Shown: positions 1 to 9,986 of the stretch, piece after piece
Layout of the letters: each line of letters starts with the position of its first letter
Numbering within the stretch: position 1 is the stretch's first letter
Assembly: GCA_026003895.1 (NCBI GenBank)
Contig: BPIC01000003.1
Location: 49,022-113,021 of the forward strand
Direction: 5' to 3'
DNA: 64,000 nucleotides
From: Dehalococcoidia bacterium
GTDB lineage: Bacteria; Chloroflexota; Dehalococcoidia; SpSt-223
Position numbers and translations under genes: made by a program
Notes under the pieces: generated by a model
Database searches by the model: none
What the model saw: only the letters and a program-made list of their open reading frames with translations
Told to the model about the DNA's origin: nothing

Positions 1-1409
1 CATCTTCGGCGTCGTCAACGTCGTGCCAATCCGGTACCAGCCGCCCGAGATCTTGCTGCAAGCGTCCCCGCTGACGCCCGCCAGCGATGTGTTCTCGTTC
101 GGTGTCCTCACCTACCAGCTTCTTAGCGGGCGGCTGCCGTTCCCGGCAGAGCGACTGGAAGACGCGATACGCGAGCGCGTGAGCGGTCCGCCTCCGCTCT
201 CGGCTTGGCGCGCCGATATTCCGCCCGTCGTCGACGAGCTGCTGGCGCGAGCGCTCGACCCGGCGCCGGGGCGGCGCTTCCCCAGCTCAGGCGAACTGAC
301 GAGTTCCCTTGCGAGAGCGCTCGGCATCCCGTTTCTGCCGCCTCAGACACCCCTGCCGCGCGTCTGGTCTGGCAATATCCCGCTCGTCGAAGACAGCGTC
401 GCTGCCGACCTGCCACCTCCTGTCATCGACCCGGCGCCGGTCATCGAGTCGGTCGTGCTGCCCGCGCCCACCATCCTCCCGGGCTCACCACCCGGCGCTG
501 GAATACCGTCTGGGGGGACACCACCGACCGTCGTCCCAGCTGCGCAGGTCTCTGTCGCGTCAGCATTCCCCCTACCCGCCGCTACCCCCGCCGCCAAGCG
601 GCCCGATCACGTCGATGACGATCGACGGGGCACCGCGAGCCTGGCGCAGTGCGCTCGCCGCCGTCCTTGCGGTGGCGGGCGGCTTCGTTCTCGCACTCTG
701 CTTCGGCGGAGCAATCGTCGCCGGCGTGCTGGCGAGCGCGGGCGGTGGCCTTCCGTTCATTCCACGCGGCGCGACGACAACGCCGGCTGTCGCCGCCGGC
801 AGCCCAAGCCCCGGGCCGACCGAGACTCCCGCGCTGTTGACCGCCACCCCGAGTGCGAGTGGCGGCGTTGCCGCGACCAATCCGGAGCCGACCGAAACAC
901 CCGAACCTACGCCCGAGCCGACCGAGACGCCGCGGCCCGTCCCGACGAACACGCCGCGGCCGACCAGCACCCCGCCCCCACCGCCGACCAACACTCCACC
1001 TCCACCGCCTACGAACACGCCACGCCCCCAGCCGATCACAGGCTCATTCCAAGAGGTAGGGGCGCAGGTGAACCCGCAGCTTCGGTTCTTCGAGGCGCCC
1101 TGCTCACCATCGGCGACCGGAACCTATGGGACGTCATTCCCGGCAGCAGCGGTTCGCTGCATCCATGCCGAAGTGGCGGTGACCTATCCGTCCTCGGCCG
1201 TCGGCAGCACGGTCATTTTCAGTTGGTCGATGACCGGTCCGCAGAACGTCAGCGGGCAAAGCCAACGGACAATCTCGGCGGCAGGGCCGACGAGTCATAC
1301 CTATCTCTTCAATTTCACCACTCCGGGTTCAGCAGTGCCCGGCCAATACCGCGTCGTCGTTGTGAGCGGCGGCCGACAAGTCGCCTCGGGGACGTTCTCG
1401 TTCTTCTAA
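1..1409 (+). CDS. Ser/Thr protein kinase-like membrane protein (5' partial; +1 frameshift at 568-572 as sequenced)
   Basis: Frame 2 gives kinase C-lobe motifs (RYQPPE, SDVFSFGVLTYQLLSGRLPF). From about 573, frame 3 gives a TM helix, a Pro/Thr linker and a beta-rich C-terminal domain ending at TAA 1407-1409. Removing one C from the C5 run joins them. Confidence 0.75.
880..1030 (+). repeat. Pro/Thr-rich coding repeats (PTETP/PTNTP)
   Basis: EPTETPEPTPEPTETPRPVPTNTPRPTSTPPPPPTNTPPPPPTNTP linker in frame 3. Confidence 0.8.
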
Positions 1410-1662
1410 CGCCCCGAGGTGAGGACATGAAATCACGTATTCTGTCCACAGCATAGTCCATTGGTACCCAGTCATACTCAGTGGATGCGAAGAAAACTCC
1501 GGCTTCCATATCGCGCAAGAGCGTGGTAAAGTTGTGAAGCGTGAAATCTGAGCACCGAGGGAGGTGAAGAACCGAACAGGGTAACGACAGAGTACCCCCC
1601 GGTATCCCCGGGGCGCGGTCGAGCATAGTGGCGCCATGAATCGATCGAGGGAGATTTTTCGC

Positions 1663-2547
1663 ATGACAAGCAGCACCTCGCTCAGAATCCGTCGGCTCTC
1701 CGGAATCGCGCGAGCAGTGTCAGCAGCGCTCGTGGTTGGCGCACTTGTGATGGGCACGGCCGTGCCGAACGCGTCCGCCACTCGTCACGACACGACCAAC
1801 GCCGGCCATTGGGATTACTGTGGCGATCCCTTCAGCAGCGATCACAACCGGCCGGGCCTCTACCTCTACTAGCATCCCAACTTCCAAGGGAAGTGCTCGC
1901 GTCTCGTCTTTAGCGTTCCCAACCTCGAGTTTTCGGCCTATGTCGGTGGCCTAGCCTCGTCGATGCGAGTCGTGGTGCCATTCGGTGCATCGATGGGGAT
2001 CACGCTCTACCCCGGTCCCTTTTATGGCCCGGAACCTTTCCCTGAGTTCGTCGCCGGTTCCTTCGGAGGCGCTTCGACCGCTGGGTTTGTCCGTGTGTAT
2101 AGCTACTCCGATTTCGCTCAATTACCCGTGATCCGCGGCGGCGTCCCGACTACCCGGAACATTTCTGACAAGATCAAGTCAGTTGGGATCGCGCTTCGGT
2201 CGTCGGCGGCTGAGTACTCGCTACCAGTCTTCGGTCCAGAGTGTCCCCCGGTCGGTCGATTCTGCTGGACCTCCAGTTCAAATCCGGTCGTCTACGGCTC
2301 GCGCGGCGCGACGTACGTGAGCAACCGCAACGCATGGACCGGGCCGGTCGATCTCTGCTCCATCTGGAAGGTTGGCTGCGGCCCGAATCCGACCGGCACC
2401 GAGCAAGGCGCACCAGCGTCGGGTAGCGGCGACACGCCCCCAGCTACCGGGAGCGATGGCCGGCTGATCGTCGACTCGATCCGCGACGGAGACCGAGGCA
2501 CCACCGATCGGCTCTTCATCCCGTGGTCGCAGTCCCTCAGCAGCTAA
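1663..2547 (+). CDS. Secreted beta/gamma-crystallin-like protein with in-frame TAG at 1870-1872
   Basis: ATG 1663 with GAGGGAG SD and a signal peptide. ORFs 1636-1872 and 1963-2547 share a frame and the gap reads LYLY*HPNFQGKC...ASSMRV, a crystallin Greek-key motif. A second motif follows (ITLY...SDKIKSV). Confidence 0.65.
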
Positions 2548-2569
2548 GCCGACTCAGCATTTCGCGCAT

Positions 2570-2600
2570 GCCCCCGGCCTCTGGTCGGGGGCTTTTCATT
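2570..2600 (+). terminator. Rho-independent terminator
   Basis: GCCCCCGGCC-TCT-GGTCGGGGGC stem (one G-U pair) followed by TTTTCATT, 22 nt after the stop at 2547. Confidence 0.8.
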
Positions 2601-2769
2601 GCCGCCGCGGTTGCCACATCCACGTTGCTTGGGGGCCCTCGGCACCGGTTTCTGGAACACCTCGGGGCCTGCCACGGCGTGCCACGCTAGGGCATGGTAA
2701 AGGGGGTCAGGCCGGCGCCGGAACCGCGTCCGCCGAGCAAGCGATGGCAACCATGCCAGCTCGCGTGCG

Positions 2770-3750
2770 TTACGGCCGGCCCCGCTCCCGCCAGACCGCG
2801 ATCGTCTGCTGCAGACCGTCTTCGTACGTCGGGAAGCGCGGCGACCACCCCAGACAGGCACGCGCAAGATCGTTCCGGACGGTCGTCGTGGTGGCGAGCA
2901 GCACCTGCTGCGGATGCCAGATGAAATGCCGGAACAAGAGCCGGAGCGCCGGCGGCAGGTGGCCCGGCCGGGGAAACCCGAGCAGCGCAGCGAAGCGGTC
3001 GATCACCGTGCCGAAGTTGACGGGATGACCGTCGACGACGTTCAAGACCGGGGGCGCCGGCCAGGACTCGACGATCCGCAACAGCGCTTCGGCCGCATCC
3101 TCGAAGTGCAGCCAATTGCCGAGGGTGTGCTCCGGTCCAGCGTAGTAGGGCCGGAACAGTTTGAACGAAGTGACATAGCGCGACAGATCTTTCGACTGCG
3201 GCCCGTAAAGGAATCCGAACCGGACACGGCAGGAGGGGACACCTCCGCGCTCGACGATACGCTCGGCCGTGGCGGCAGCGTCGAACACCCGATCGTTCGG
3301 CGGCGCAATCGGGGTTGCTTCCGTGGCGTCGCGCGACTCTCCGTAGAGCGCAGCGTAGCTGCCGGCGACCAAATACCGCACTCCCGCAGCCTGCGCTGCT
3401 TCAACAACAGCGCTCGTCTCACGCGGCAGCCGCCGCGCCCAACCGCGCCAAGCGCGGCCGTCGTGGAGCAGGGTATTCGTCACCTGCTGCGACAGGTGGA
3501 GGACGGCATCCGCGCCGCGAAAGACGTCAACCAGTCCACGTGCGCGCTCGGTGTCGGCCACGACGGGATGGCCGCCAGCCTGCCGGACTCGGTCGGCACG
3601 ACGCCGATTCCCGACAATGGCCGTGACCTCGCATCCGGCACGAACGAACGTTTCGGTGACAACAAGGCCGAGCTCGCTGTCGCCCCCGGTCACGACGACC
3701 CGGCGACCGACCGGCGGCGAATCACCTCGCTGCATGGCTTCTTCCGGCAT
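2770..3750 (-). CDS. NAD-dependent epimerase/dehydratase (extended SDR)
   Basis: N-terminal VVVTGGDSELG Rossmann motif, RFGFLYGP, HFEDAAEA, LGWSPRFPTYEDGL C-terminus. Confidence 0.85.
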   Translation of the reverse strand: MPEEAMQRGDSPPVGRRVVVTGGDSELGLVVTETFVRAGCEVTAIVGNRRRADRVRQAGGHPVVADTERARGLVDVFRGADAVLHLSQQVTNTLLHDGRAWRGWARRLPRETSAVVEAAQAAGVRYLVAGSYAALYGESRDATEATPIAPPNDRVFDAAATAERIVERGGVPSCRVRFGFLYGPQSKDLSRYVTSFKLFRPYYAGPEHTLGNWLHFEDAAEALLRIVESWPAPPVLNVVDGHPVNFGTVIDRFAALLGFPRPGHLPPALRLLFRHFIWHPQQVLLATTTTVRNDLARACLGWSPRFPTYEDGLQQTIAVWRERGRP

Positions 3751-3844
3751 CTCCCCTGCTCATGATCGTACCGCACGCTGTCACGCCGGCCGGACGCGCC
3801 GATACAATGCGACGGTGGGCCCGCACGATCGGGAGAGGATCGAG

Positions 3845-5362
3845 ATGACCGACAACCCCTTGCGTGCAGGGGACGGGAATGAGCGCGTCGCGCCGCCGGC
3901 GGTGCTGGTCATTTTCGGTTCGACCGGCGACCTTGCCCACCGCAAATTGCTGCCGGCGCTCTACAACCTGTTGGTGGACGGTCTCTTGCCGTCCTCCTTC
4001 GCCATCGCCGCCGTCGGCCGGCGGGCAGAGACCGACGACGACGTTCGCGCCCAGGCGCGTCAGTCCGTCGCCAACTTCTCACGGCGTCGGTTGGACGAGG
4101 ATCGATGGCGGCGCTTTGCCGCGATGCTCCGCTACGTCCAAATGCAGCTCGACGCACCGGACGACTACGCACGTCTTGCCCAGTTCCTTGCCGCTCTCGA
4201 TGTGGAATGCGGGACGCGGGGCAACCGCCTCTTCTATCTCTCCGTCCCGCCGAGTCTCTTTCCCGTCATCGTCGAACGGCTGGGCGACGCTGGCCTCGCG
4301 CGTGAGCACGACAATTTCGTCCGCATCATTGTCGAGAAACCGTTCGGTCACGACCTGGCAAGCGCTGTTACCCTGAACGAGCAGATCCACCGTGTCTTTG
4401 CCGAGCGACAGGTGTTTCGGATTGACCATTACCTTGGCAAAGAGACAGTGCAAAACCTTCTGGTGCTACGCTTCGGCAATGGCATCTTGGAGCCAATCTG
4501 GAACCGGCGCTACGTTGACCACTGCCAAATCACCGTCGCGGAGACCCTCGGCATTGGCTCGCGCGCCGCGTATTACGAAGAAGCGGGCGCCCTGCGCGAC
4601 ATGGTCGCCAACCACATGATGCAGTTGGTCTCGTTGGTGGGGATGGAGCCGCCGGTCGACCTGCACGCCGACTCCGTGCGCGACGAGAAGGTCAAGCTGC
4701 TCCGGTCGATTGAGCCGATCGGACCGGCGCAGTTCGCGACGGTGGTGCGCGGTCAGTATACCGCCGGCTGGCTGGGCGGTCAGCCCGTCCCCGGCTATCG
4801 CGAGGAGCCGGGCGTTGCCCCGACCTCCACCACCGAGACCTATTTCGCGGTGCGGCTGACAATCGACAATTGGCGCTGGGCAGGCGTGCCGTTCTATCTG
4901 CGCCACGGCAAGCGGCTGCCGAAACGGGTGACGGAGATCGCGATACAGTTCAAGCAGCCGCCGCGCCAATTCTTTCAAACACCGGGCGAAGAGCCGGCGC
5001 CGAACGTCCTCGTGCTGCGCATTCAGCCAGACGAAGGGATCTCCTTGCGGTTGGTGGCCAAGCAGCCGGGGCCGGCGATACGGCTCCAGAACGTGACGCT
5101 TGACTTTCTCTACCGCACCGCGTTCGACGTCGAGCCGCCGGAGGCGTACGAGCGGTTGCTCCTCGACTGCTTGCTCGGCGATTCCACCTTGTTCGCGCGA
5201 CGAGACGAGATCGAAACGATGTGGCGAATCTACGACGCGGTACTCGCCCGTCAGCACGACGACCCGGCGCTCGCCATCCATCCCTATCCAGCGGGAAGCT
5301 GGGGACCTGCAGCGGCCGACGCGTTGATTGCCGCCGACGGACGCGCGTGGCGGCGACCGTAG
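3845..5362 (+). CDS. zwf: Glucose-6-phosphate 1-dehydrogenase
   Basis: GSTGDLAHRK, RIDHYLGKE and WAGVPFYLRHGK motifs. ATG 3845 with GGGAGAGG SD. Confidence 0.97.
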   Translation: MTDNPLRAGDGNERVAPPAVLVIFGSTGDLAHRKLLPALYNLLVDGLLPSSFAIAAVGRRAETDDDVRAQARQSVANFSRRRLDEDRWRRFAAMLRYVQMQLDAPDDYARLAQFLAALDVECGTRGNRLFYLSVPPSLFPVIVERLGDAGLAREHDNFVRIIVEKPFGHDLASAVTLNEQIHRVFAERQVFRIDHYLGKETVQNLLVLRFGNGILEPIWNRRYVDHCQITVAETLGIGSRAAYYEEAGALRDMVANHMMQLVSLVGMEPPVDLHADSVRDEKVKLLRSIEPIGPAQFATVVRGQYTAGWLGGQPVPGYREEPGVAPTSTTETYFAVRLTIDNWRWAGVPFYLRHGKRLPKRVTEIAIQFKQPPRQFFQTPGEEPAPNVLVLRIQPDEGISLRLVAKQPGPAIRLQNVTLDFLYRTAFDVEPPEAYERLLLDCLLGDSTLFARRDEIETMWRIYDAVLARQHDDPALAIHPYPAGSWGPAAADALIAADGRAWRRP

Positions 5363-5371
5363 GGAGCGCCG

Positions 5372-6439
5372 ATGACCGACTCTTATGCCGCAACGTGGAG
5401 ACAGACCTTCGCTTCGACGGTCGGCGTCGAGGATGCACTGACCGAGCTCAGTTGCGAGGCGGCGCGGGCGCTCGAGGTTGGCCCGGCAGCGACCGCCCGG
5501 ATGCACAATCTCGTCGCCATCTCGACGGACACCGCTTCGCACGCCGCCGTTGATCGCGTGCTGGCGGCCATGGCCGAGGTCCACCCATCGCGCTTGGTGC
5601 GGGTTCGACTCGACCCCGCCGCACCAGACGGCGTGCAGGCGCAGGCATCGGTGCGCTGCCACGTCGAGGGCGACCTTCGCTGCCCGATCGTCTATGAAAC
5701 AGTCGAAATTGCGACCGGCGGCAACGCGGGACGCCACCTTGCGGAAATCGTCGCACCGGTGCTCGAGGCTGATTTGCCGGTGGTCCTCTGGTGGACGGGG
5801 CACCCCCCATTCGGCGATCCTGCGTTCGAGGAGCTGCTTCCCTTGGTCGACCGACTGCTCCTCGACTCAGCCGCGCTCGGCTCGACAGGGTTGCGAGCGC
5901 TCGCCGACGTGCTGCCGACCAGCCCGCCTGTCGTCGATCTCGCCTGGGGGCGGCTCCGGCCGTGGCGGGAGACTATCGCCGCCGCCTTCGACCACCCTCC
6001 GCTCGACAGTGCGATCCGAGAGGTGCGCGCCGTTGAGATTGACGTTGCAGGAGCATCGGTCGAGGGGCGCTTGTTGGCGGGCTGGCTCGCCGTCAAACTC
6101 GGCTGGCAGGTGGCCCGGCCACTGGCCGGCGGCCGCGTCGGGCGCGGCGCCTTTGTACGGTCCGGCGCCGTTATCCCCCTCGTGCTCGCCAAGGAGGATG
6201 GCCCAGCCGCCATCCGGCGCCTCGCCATCGAAGCTGGCGGCTATCATCTTGCGCTTACCGCCCGCGGCGACTGGGCGGACGTTCGGCTGGCGCGGGACGA
6301 CCTCCTGCTCAGCGAACAGCGTCTGCCGCTGGTCATCCCCGACGATGCCACGCTTGTTTCGCGGGCATTGATGCGCGGCGGTCGAGACAGAGATTGGGAG
6401 GCAGCGATGAGCGTCACGGCAATCTTGGTGAGTCCGTGA
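5372..6439 (+). CDS. opcA: G6PDH assembly protein OpcA
   Basis: Directly after zwf. HPSR, DLPVVLWW and DLAWGRLRPWR motifs. Confidence 0.9.
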   Translation: MTDSYAATWRQTFASTVGVEDALTELSCEAARALEVGPAATARMHNLVAISTDTASHAAVDRVLAAMAEVHPSRLVRVRLDPAAPDGVQAQASVRCHVEGDLRCPIVYETVEIATGGNAGRHLAEIVAPVLEADLPVVLWWTGHPPFGDPAFEELLPLVDRLLLDSAALGSTGLRALADVLPTSPPVVDLAWGRLRPWRETIAAAFDHPPLDSAIREVRAVEIDVAGASVEGRLLAGWLAVKLGWQVARPLAGGRVGRGAFVRSGAVIPLVLAKEDGPAAIRRLAIEAGGYHLALTARGDWADVRLARDDLLLSEQRLPLVIPDDATLVSRALMRGGRDRDWEAAMSVTAILVSP

Positions 6440-7215
6440 ACGGCGATCGACGCGGCACGGTCGTCGTCCTCGGGTCGCCGGCGGAGCTGGCGCAGGAAGC
6501 GGCGCAGCGGATCACCCACCTCGCCCAAGCGGCGATCGACGCGATGGGCGTCTTTCGGATCGCGCTGTCCGGCGGCACAACACCGCGCGCCACGCACGAA
6601 GCGCTCGCCAGCGAGCCGTTCCGTTCGCAGATCAACTGGTCGAAGGTCGAGGTGTTTTGGAGCGACGACCGCGCCGTGCCCCCCGACGACCCGGAAAGCA
6701 ACTACCGGATGGCCGTCGAAACGCTCCTTTCCAACGTTCCGATCCCGGAGCAGTCGATCTACCGGATGCCAACCGACCGGCCGGACCTCGCGGCCGCTGC
6801 CGCCGAGTACGAGGCAACCATCCGACGCGTCTTCGGCGAACCATCAGGAATTCCGGTGTTCGACGTGATGATCCTCGGCCTCGGGGACGACGGTCACACC
6901 GCCTCCCTCTTTCCCCACTCGCGCCAGCTCCATTCGGGCGAGAGACTGGTGGTCGATGGCGACCCGCCGCTTCCCGGTACCGCCGGCCCCTCGCCAAGCG
7001 TGCCGCGCCTCACCTTTACCCCGCGGTTGATCAACGCAGCGCGCGAGCGGATCTTCCTCGTCGAAGGAGCACAGAAAGCTGAGCCGGTGCGCAACGTGCT
7101 TTACGGCCCTTGGCAGCCCGAGGTCTGGCCAGCGCAGTTCATCACCGGGGGAGCGACGTTGCCACTCTGGCTGATCGACGAAGCGGCGGCATCGCTCCTC
7201 CCCGACCGCCGGTGA
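6436..7215 (+). CDS. pgl: 6-phosphogluconolactonase
   Basis: ALSGGTTP, FWSDDRAVP..DPESN and LGLGDDGHTASLFP motifs. GTGA overlap with opcA. Confidence 0.95.
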   Translation: MNGDRRGTVVVLGSPAELAQEAAQRITHLAQAAIDAMGVFRIALSGGTTPRATHEALASEPFRSQINWSKVEVFWSDDRAVPPDDPESNYRMAVETLLSNVPIPEQSIYRMPTDRPDLAAAAAEYEATIRRVFGEPSGIPVFDVMILGLGDDGHTASLFPHSRQLHSGERLVVDGDPPLPGTAGPSPSVPRLTFTPRLINAARERIFLVEGAQKAEPVRNVLYGPWQPEVWPAQFITGGATLPLWLIDEAAASLLPDRR

Positions 7216-7269
7216 ACCGGCCGGCGGGCGGGACCTCTGCCGCGCCCTACTGCGATCCTCGCCGACGGC

Positions 7270-7974
7270 ATGGATAGCGAAGGATTCCACCCTGCCGTTC
7301 CGCTCGGCGGCGCCCTCGTGCTGCTGCTCGTGCAGCTCGTGATCGCGCCGATCGCCGCCTTCGTCCTTATCGCGCCGCTGTTCACGCTGCTTGCGGGCGT
7401 GCCGAGTGTCGCCTTCAATCGCGGCGCAGGGCTGGGGCTCGTCAGCATCGTGGGGGGGCTGCTCACGATCGGGGCGCTCTGGGTGTTTGCGCGGCGCTGG
7501 CCGGCGCCGCGCGAGGCGCTGGCGCTCGTGCCGGGGCGGCTGCCATGGTGGGTTGCCCCGCCAGCGGTGCTCGGGCTGGCGATCGCGATCGATATGGTGA
7601 CGGCGTTCGCCGGCCGACCGATCATCCCGGAGCAGCTCGCTCCCCTCTTCAGCGGCGGCGTTGATTCGCTCTTGCTCGCGATTGCCATCGTGGCCGCGGC
7701 ACCGCCGGTCGAGGAATTGGTCTACCGGGGAGCGCTCTATGGTGCGCTTGAGGCGCGTTGGGGCGTCCGGCTGGCTTTCGGTGTGACGACGGTGCTGTTC
7801 GCCCTCGTGCACGTCGGGACGTACGGGGCAGACCTGTGGGCGCTCGGTCAGCTGCTGCTGCTGGGCGGTCTATTGACGTGGCTGCGTGCCGCATCCGGCT
7901 CGCTCGTCCCATCGCTCATCGGCCATGGAGTAGCAAACGCCTATGCAACGGCGCTCATCCTACTGACGCGCTAG
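7270..7974 (+). CDS. CPBP (CAAX/Abi) intramembrane metalloprotease
   Basis: Multi-TM; EELVYRG, FALVH and HGVAN motifs. Confidence 0.9.
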   Translation: MDSEGFHPAVPLGGALVLLLVQLVIAPIAAFVLIAPLFTLLAGVPSVAFNRGAGLGLVSIVGGLLTIGALWVFARRWPAPREALALVPGRLPWWVAPPAVLGLAIAIDMVTAFAGRPIIPEQLAPLFSGGVDSLLLAIAIVAAAPPVEELVYRGALYGALEARWGVRLAFGVTTVLFALVHVGTYGADLWALGQLLLLGGLLTWLRAASGSLVPSLIGHGVANAYATALILLTR

Positions 7975-8057
7975 GGCTGAGCCCAAAACTGATAAAATCG
8001 AACCAGAGGGTACTGTCGGGAACAATGCCGCGCCCGAGTGGCCGGCCGGGAGCGACG

Positions 8058-8744
8058 ATGAGCGACGAAGCGACTGCCGCCGAGTACAAGCGCAAAGGCT
8101 TTAGCAACCTTGTTGGGTTCGGCGAACGGCCCGGCCTCGTGTTGATCGACTGGGTCGTCGGCTTCACCGACCCGGCCTGTCCGCTCGGCGCAAATTTCGA
8201 CCGCGAGGTCGAGGCGACGCGCCAACTTTTGGCGGCGGCGCGCCAAAAGCGCATTCCGATTGCCTACACGACCGTGGTCTATGACCACGGGTTTCAGGAT
8301 GCTGGCTGGTTCATCAAGAAAGTGCCAGCGCTCGCCAATCTGGAATCCGGCTCACGGTGGACCGAAATCGATCCGCGCCTCGCGCCGCTGCCCGGCGAGC
8401 ATGTGCTGGTGAAGAAATTTGCCAGCGGCTTTTTTGGCACTAATCTTGCGTCCCTGCTGACCGGCCAGCGCTGCGACACGCTCATCATCTCGGGTGTCAC
8501 GACCAGCGGCTGTGTCCGGGCGACGGCGATCGACGGCGTTCAGAACGGCTTCCGGACGATCGTCGTCCGCGAGGCAGTGGGAGACCGGGCACCGGGGCCG
8601 CACGAGGCGAATCTCTTCGACATCCATGCCAAGTATGGGGATGTCGTATCGCTCCAAGAGACACTCGACTATCTCGCTGGGTTGCCGGAGTTCCGGTCGC
8701 CCGACGCGCTCGAGCGGCCGGCGGCGGCCGCGGTACAACGTTAA
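8058..8744 (+). CDS. Isochorismatase-family cysteine hydrolase (maleamate/N-carbamoylsarcosine amidase-like)
   Basis: LVLID, KKFASGFFGT and GVTTSGCVRATAID (Asp-Lys-Cys triad). Confidence 0.9.
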   Translation: MSDEATAAEYKRKGFSNLVGFGERPGLVLIDWVVGFTDPACPLGANFDREVEATRQLLAAARQKRIPIAYTTVVYDHGFQDAGWFIKKVPALANLESGSRWTEIDPRLAPLPGEHVLVKKFASGFFGTNLASLLTGQRCDTLIISGVTTSGCVRATAIDGVQNGFRTIVVREAVGDRAPGPHEANLFDIHAKYGDVVSLQETLDYLAGLPEFRSPDALERPAAAAVQR

Positions 8745-8756
8745 GGGGAACGTAGA

Positions 8757-9986
8757 GTGATGAATTCCAACGGGTCTTCCTCGGACTACAAGATGCCCTT
8801 GGAGGGCATCCGCGTTGTCGAGTTCGGCAGCCTGTTGGCTGGCCCATTTAGCACCCGTTTCTTTGCCGATTTTGGCGCGGAAGTGATCAAGGTCGAAGCG
8901 CCCGACGCGCCGGACCCGATGCGCGATTGGGGGCCGGCGAAATATAAGGGCCGGGCGCTCGTTTGGCCGGTCCAGTCGCGCAATAAGAAAGTGGTCACCA
9001 TCAACATGCGAAAGCCGGAGGGGCAAGAGCTGGCCCGTCGCCTGATCGATAAGGCCGACATGGTCGTCGAGAACTTCCGGCCGGGCACACTGGAGCGCTG
9101 GGGCTGCGGCTACGAAGAGCTGAGCAAGCGCAACCCGGGGCTCATTTTGATCCACGTCTCTGGTTACGGTCAGACCGGCCGCTATCGCAACCGGGCTGGT
9201 TTCGGCTCGGCCTCGGGAGCGATGGGCGGCCTGCGCTTCCTGACCGGCTACCCCGACCGCCCGCCAACGCGCGTTGGCCTTTCCCTCGAGGACTCGCTCG
9301 GCTCGTGGCAGGCCGTGATCGGCGGTCTGCTGGCGCTGCGGGCGCGCGACCTGAACGGCGGCAAGGGGCAAGAGGTCGACGTCTCGATCACCGAAGCGGT
9401 CTTCGCCATGACCGAGGGCGCGATCCCGGAATACGCCTTGACCGGTTACATCCGCCAGCGTCAGGGCTCGACCCTGCCCGGCGTCGCCCCGTCCAACATC
9501 TACGAGGCGAAGGACGGTATCTGGATGGTGATTGCCGCCAACGCCGATAACCCGTTCAAGCGACTTTTCGAGTTGATGGGCATGCCCGAGGTCGCGAACA
9601 ACCCGAAGTACATGAGCCACGAGGGGCGGTGGGAGGATCGCGACCAGCTCGATGAATGGATCGGCGCTTGGGCGAAGCAGCACACCTCGGAAGAGATCAC
9701 CAAGCTGTTGGAAGAAGCCGGGGTGCCATCGGCACCGATCTACAGCGCCAAAGAGATCTATGAAGACCCCTATTTCTGGGAACGCGAGTCGATTATCGAG
9801 GTGGAAGACCCCGACCTTGGCAAGATTCCGATGCCCGGCGTGATGCCGAAGCTCCGCGGTACGCCCGGCAAGGTCAAGTGGACCGGCCCCGGCAAGCCGG
9901 GGATGCACAACGACGAGGTGTTCCGCAACGTGGTCGGCCTGACGGACGAGGAACTGGCAGACTACAAAGCCCGAGGCATCATATGA
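8757..9986 (+). CDS. Class III CoA-transferase (CaiB/BaiF)
   Basis: LEGIRVVE, AGPFSTRFFADFGAEVIKVE, ENFRPG and SGYGQTG motifs. Confidence 0.93.
   Translation: MMNSNGSSSDYKMPLEGIRVVEFGSLLAGPFSTRFFADFGAEVIKVEAPDAPDPMRDWGPAKYKGRALVWPVQSRNKKVVTINMRKPEGQELARRLIDKADMVVENFRPGTLERWGCGYEELSKRNPGLILIHVSGYGQTGRYRNRAGFGSASGAMGGLRFLTGYPDRPPTRVGLSLEDSLGSWQAVIGGLLALRARDLNGGKGQEVDVSITEAVFAMTEGAIPEYALTGYIRQRQGSTLPGVAPSNIYEAKDGIWMVIAANADNPFKRLFELMGMPEVANNPKYMSHEGRWEDRDQLDEWIGAWAKQHTSEEITKLLEEAGVPSAPIYSAKEIYEDPYFWERESIIEVEDPDLGKIPMPGVMPKLRGTPGKVKWTGPGKPGMHNDEVFRNVVGLTDEELADYKARGII

Noticed and set aside
573-1456. Arg-rich C-terminal half of ORF 23-1456
   Set aside because: Out-of-frame read-through after the frameshift; frame 3 carries the realistic protein.
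1410-1662. Possible riboswitch in the AT-richer leader of the crystallin-like gene
   Set aside because: No recognisable c-di-GMP, c-di-AMP, SAM, TPP or cobalamin consensus; only weak hairpins.
1870-1872. Pyrrolysine as the explanation of the TAG
   Set aside because: No pyl genes in the window and the position calls for Glu/Gln; kept only as a minor alternative.
4466-5803. 445-aa antisense ORF over zwf/opcA
   Set aside because: Shadow ORF typical of high-GC codon bias; no motifs.
8352-9908. 518-aa antisense ORF over the CoA-transferase
   Set aside because: Shadow of a well-supported plus-strand gene.
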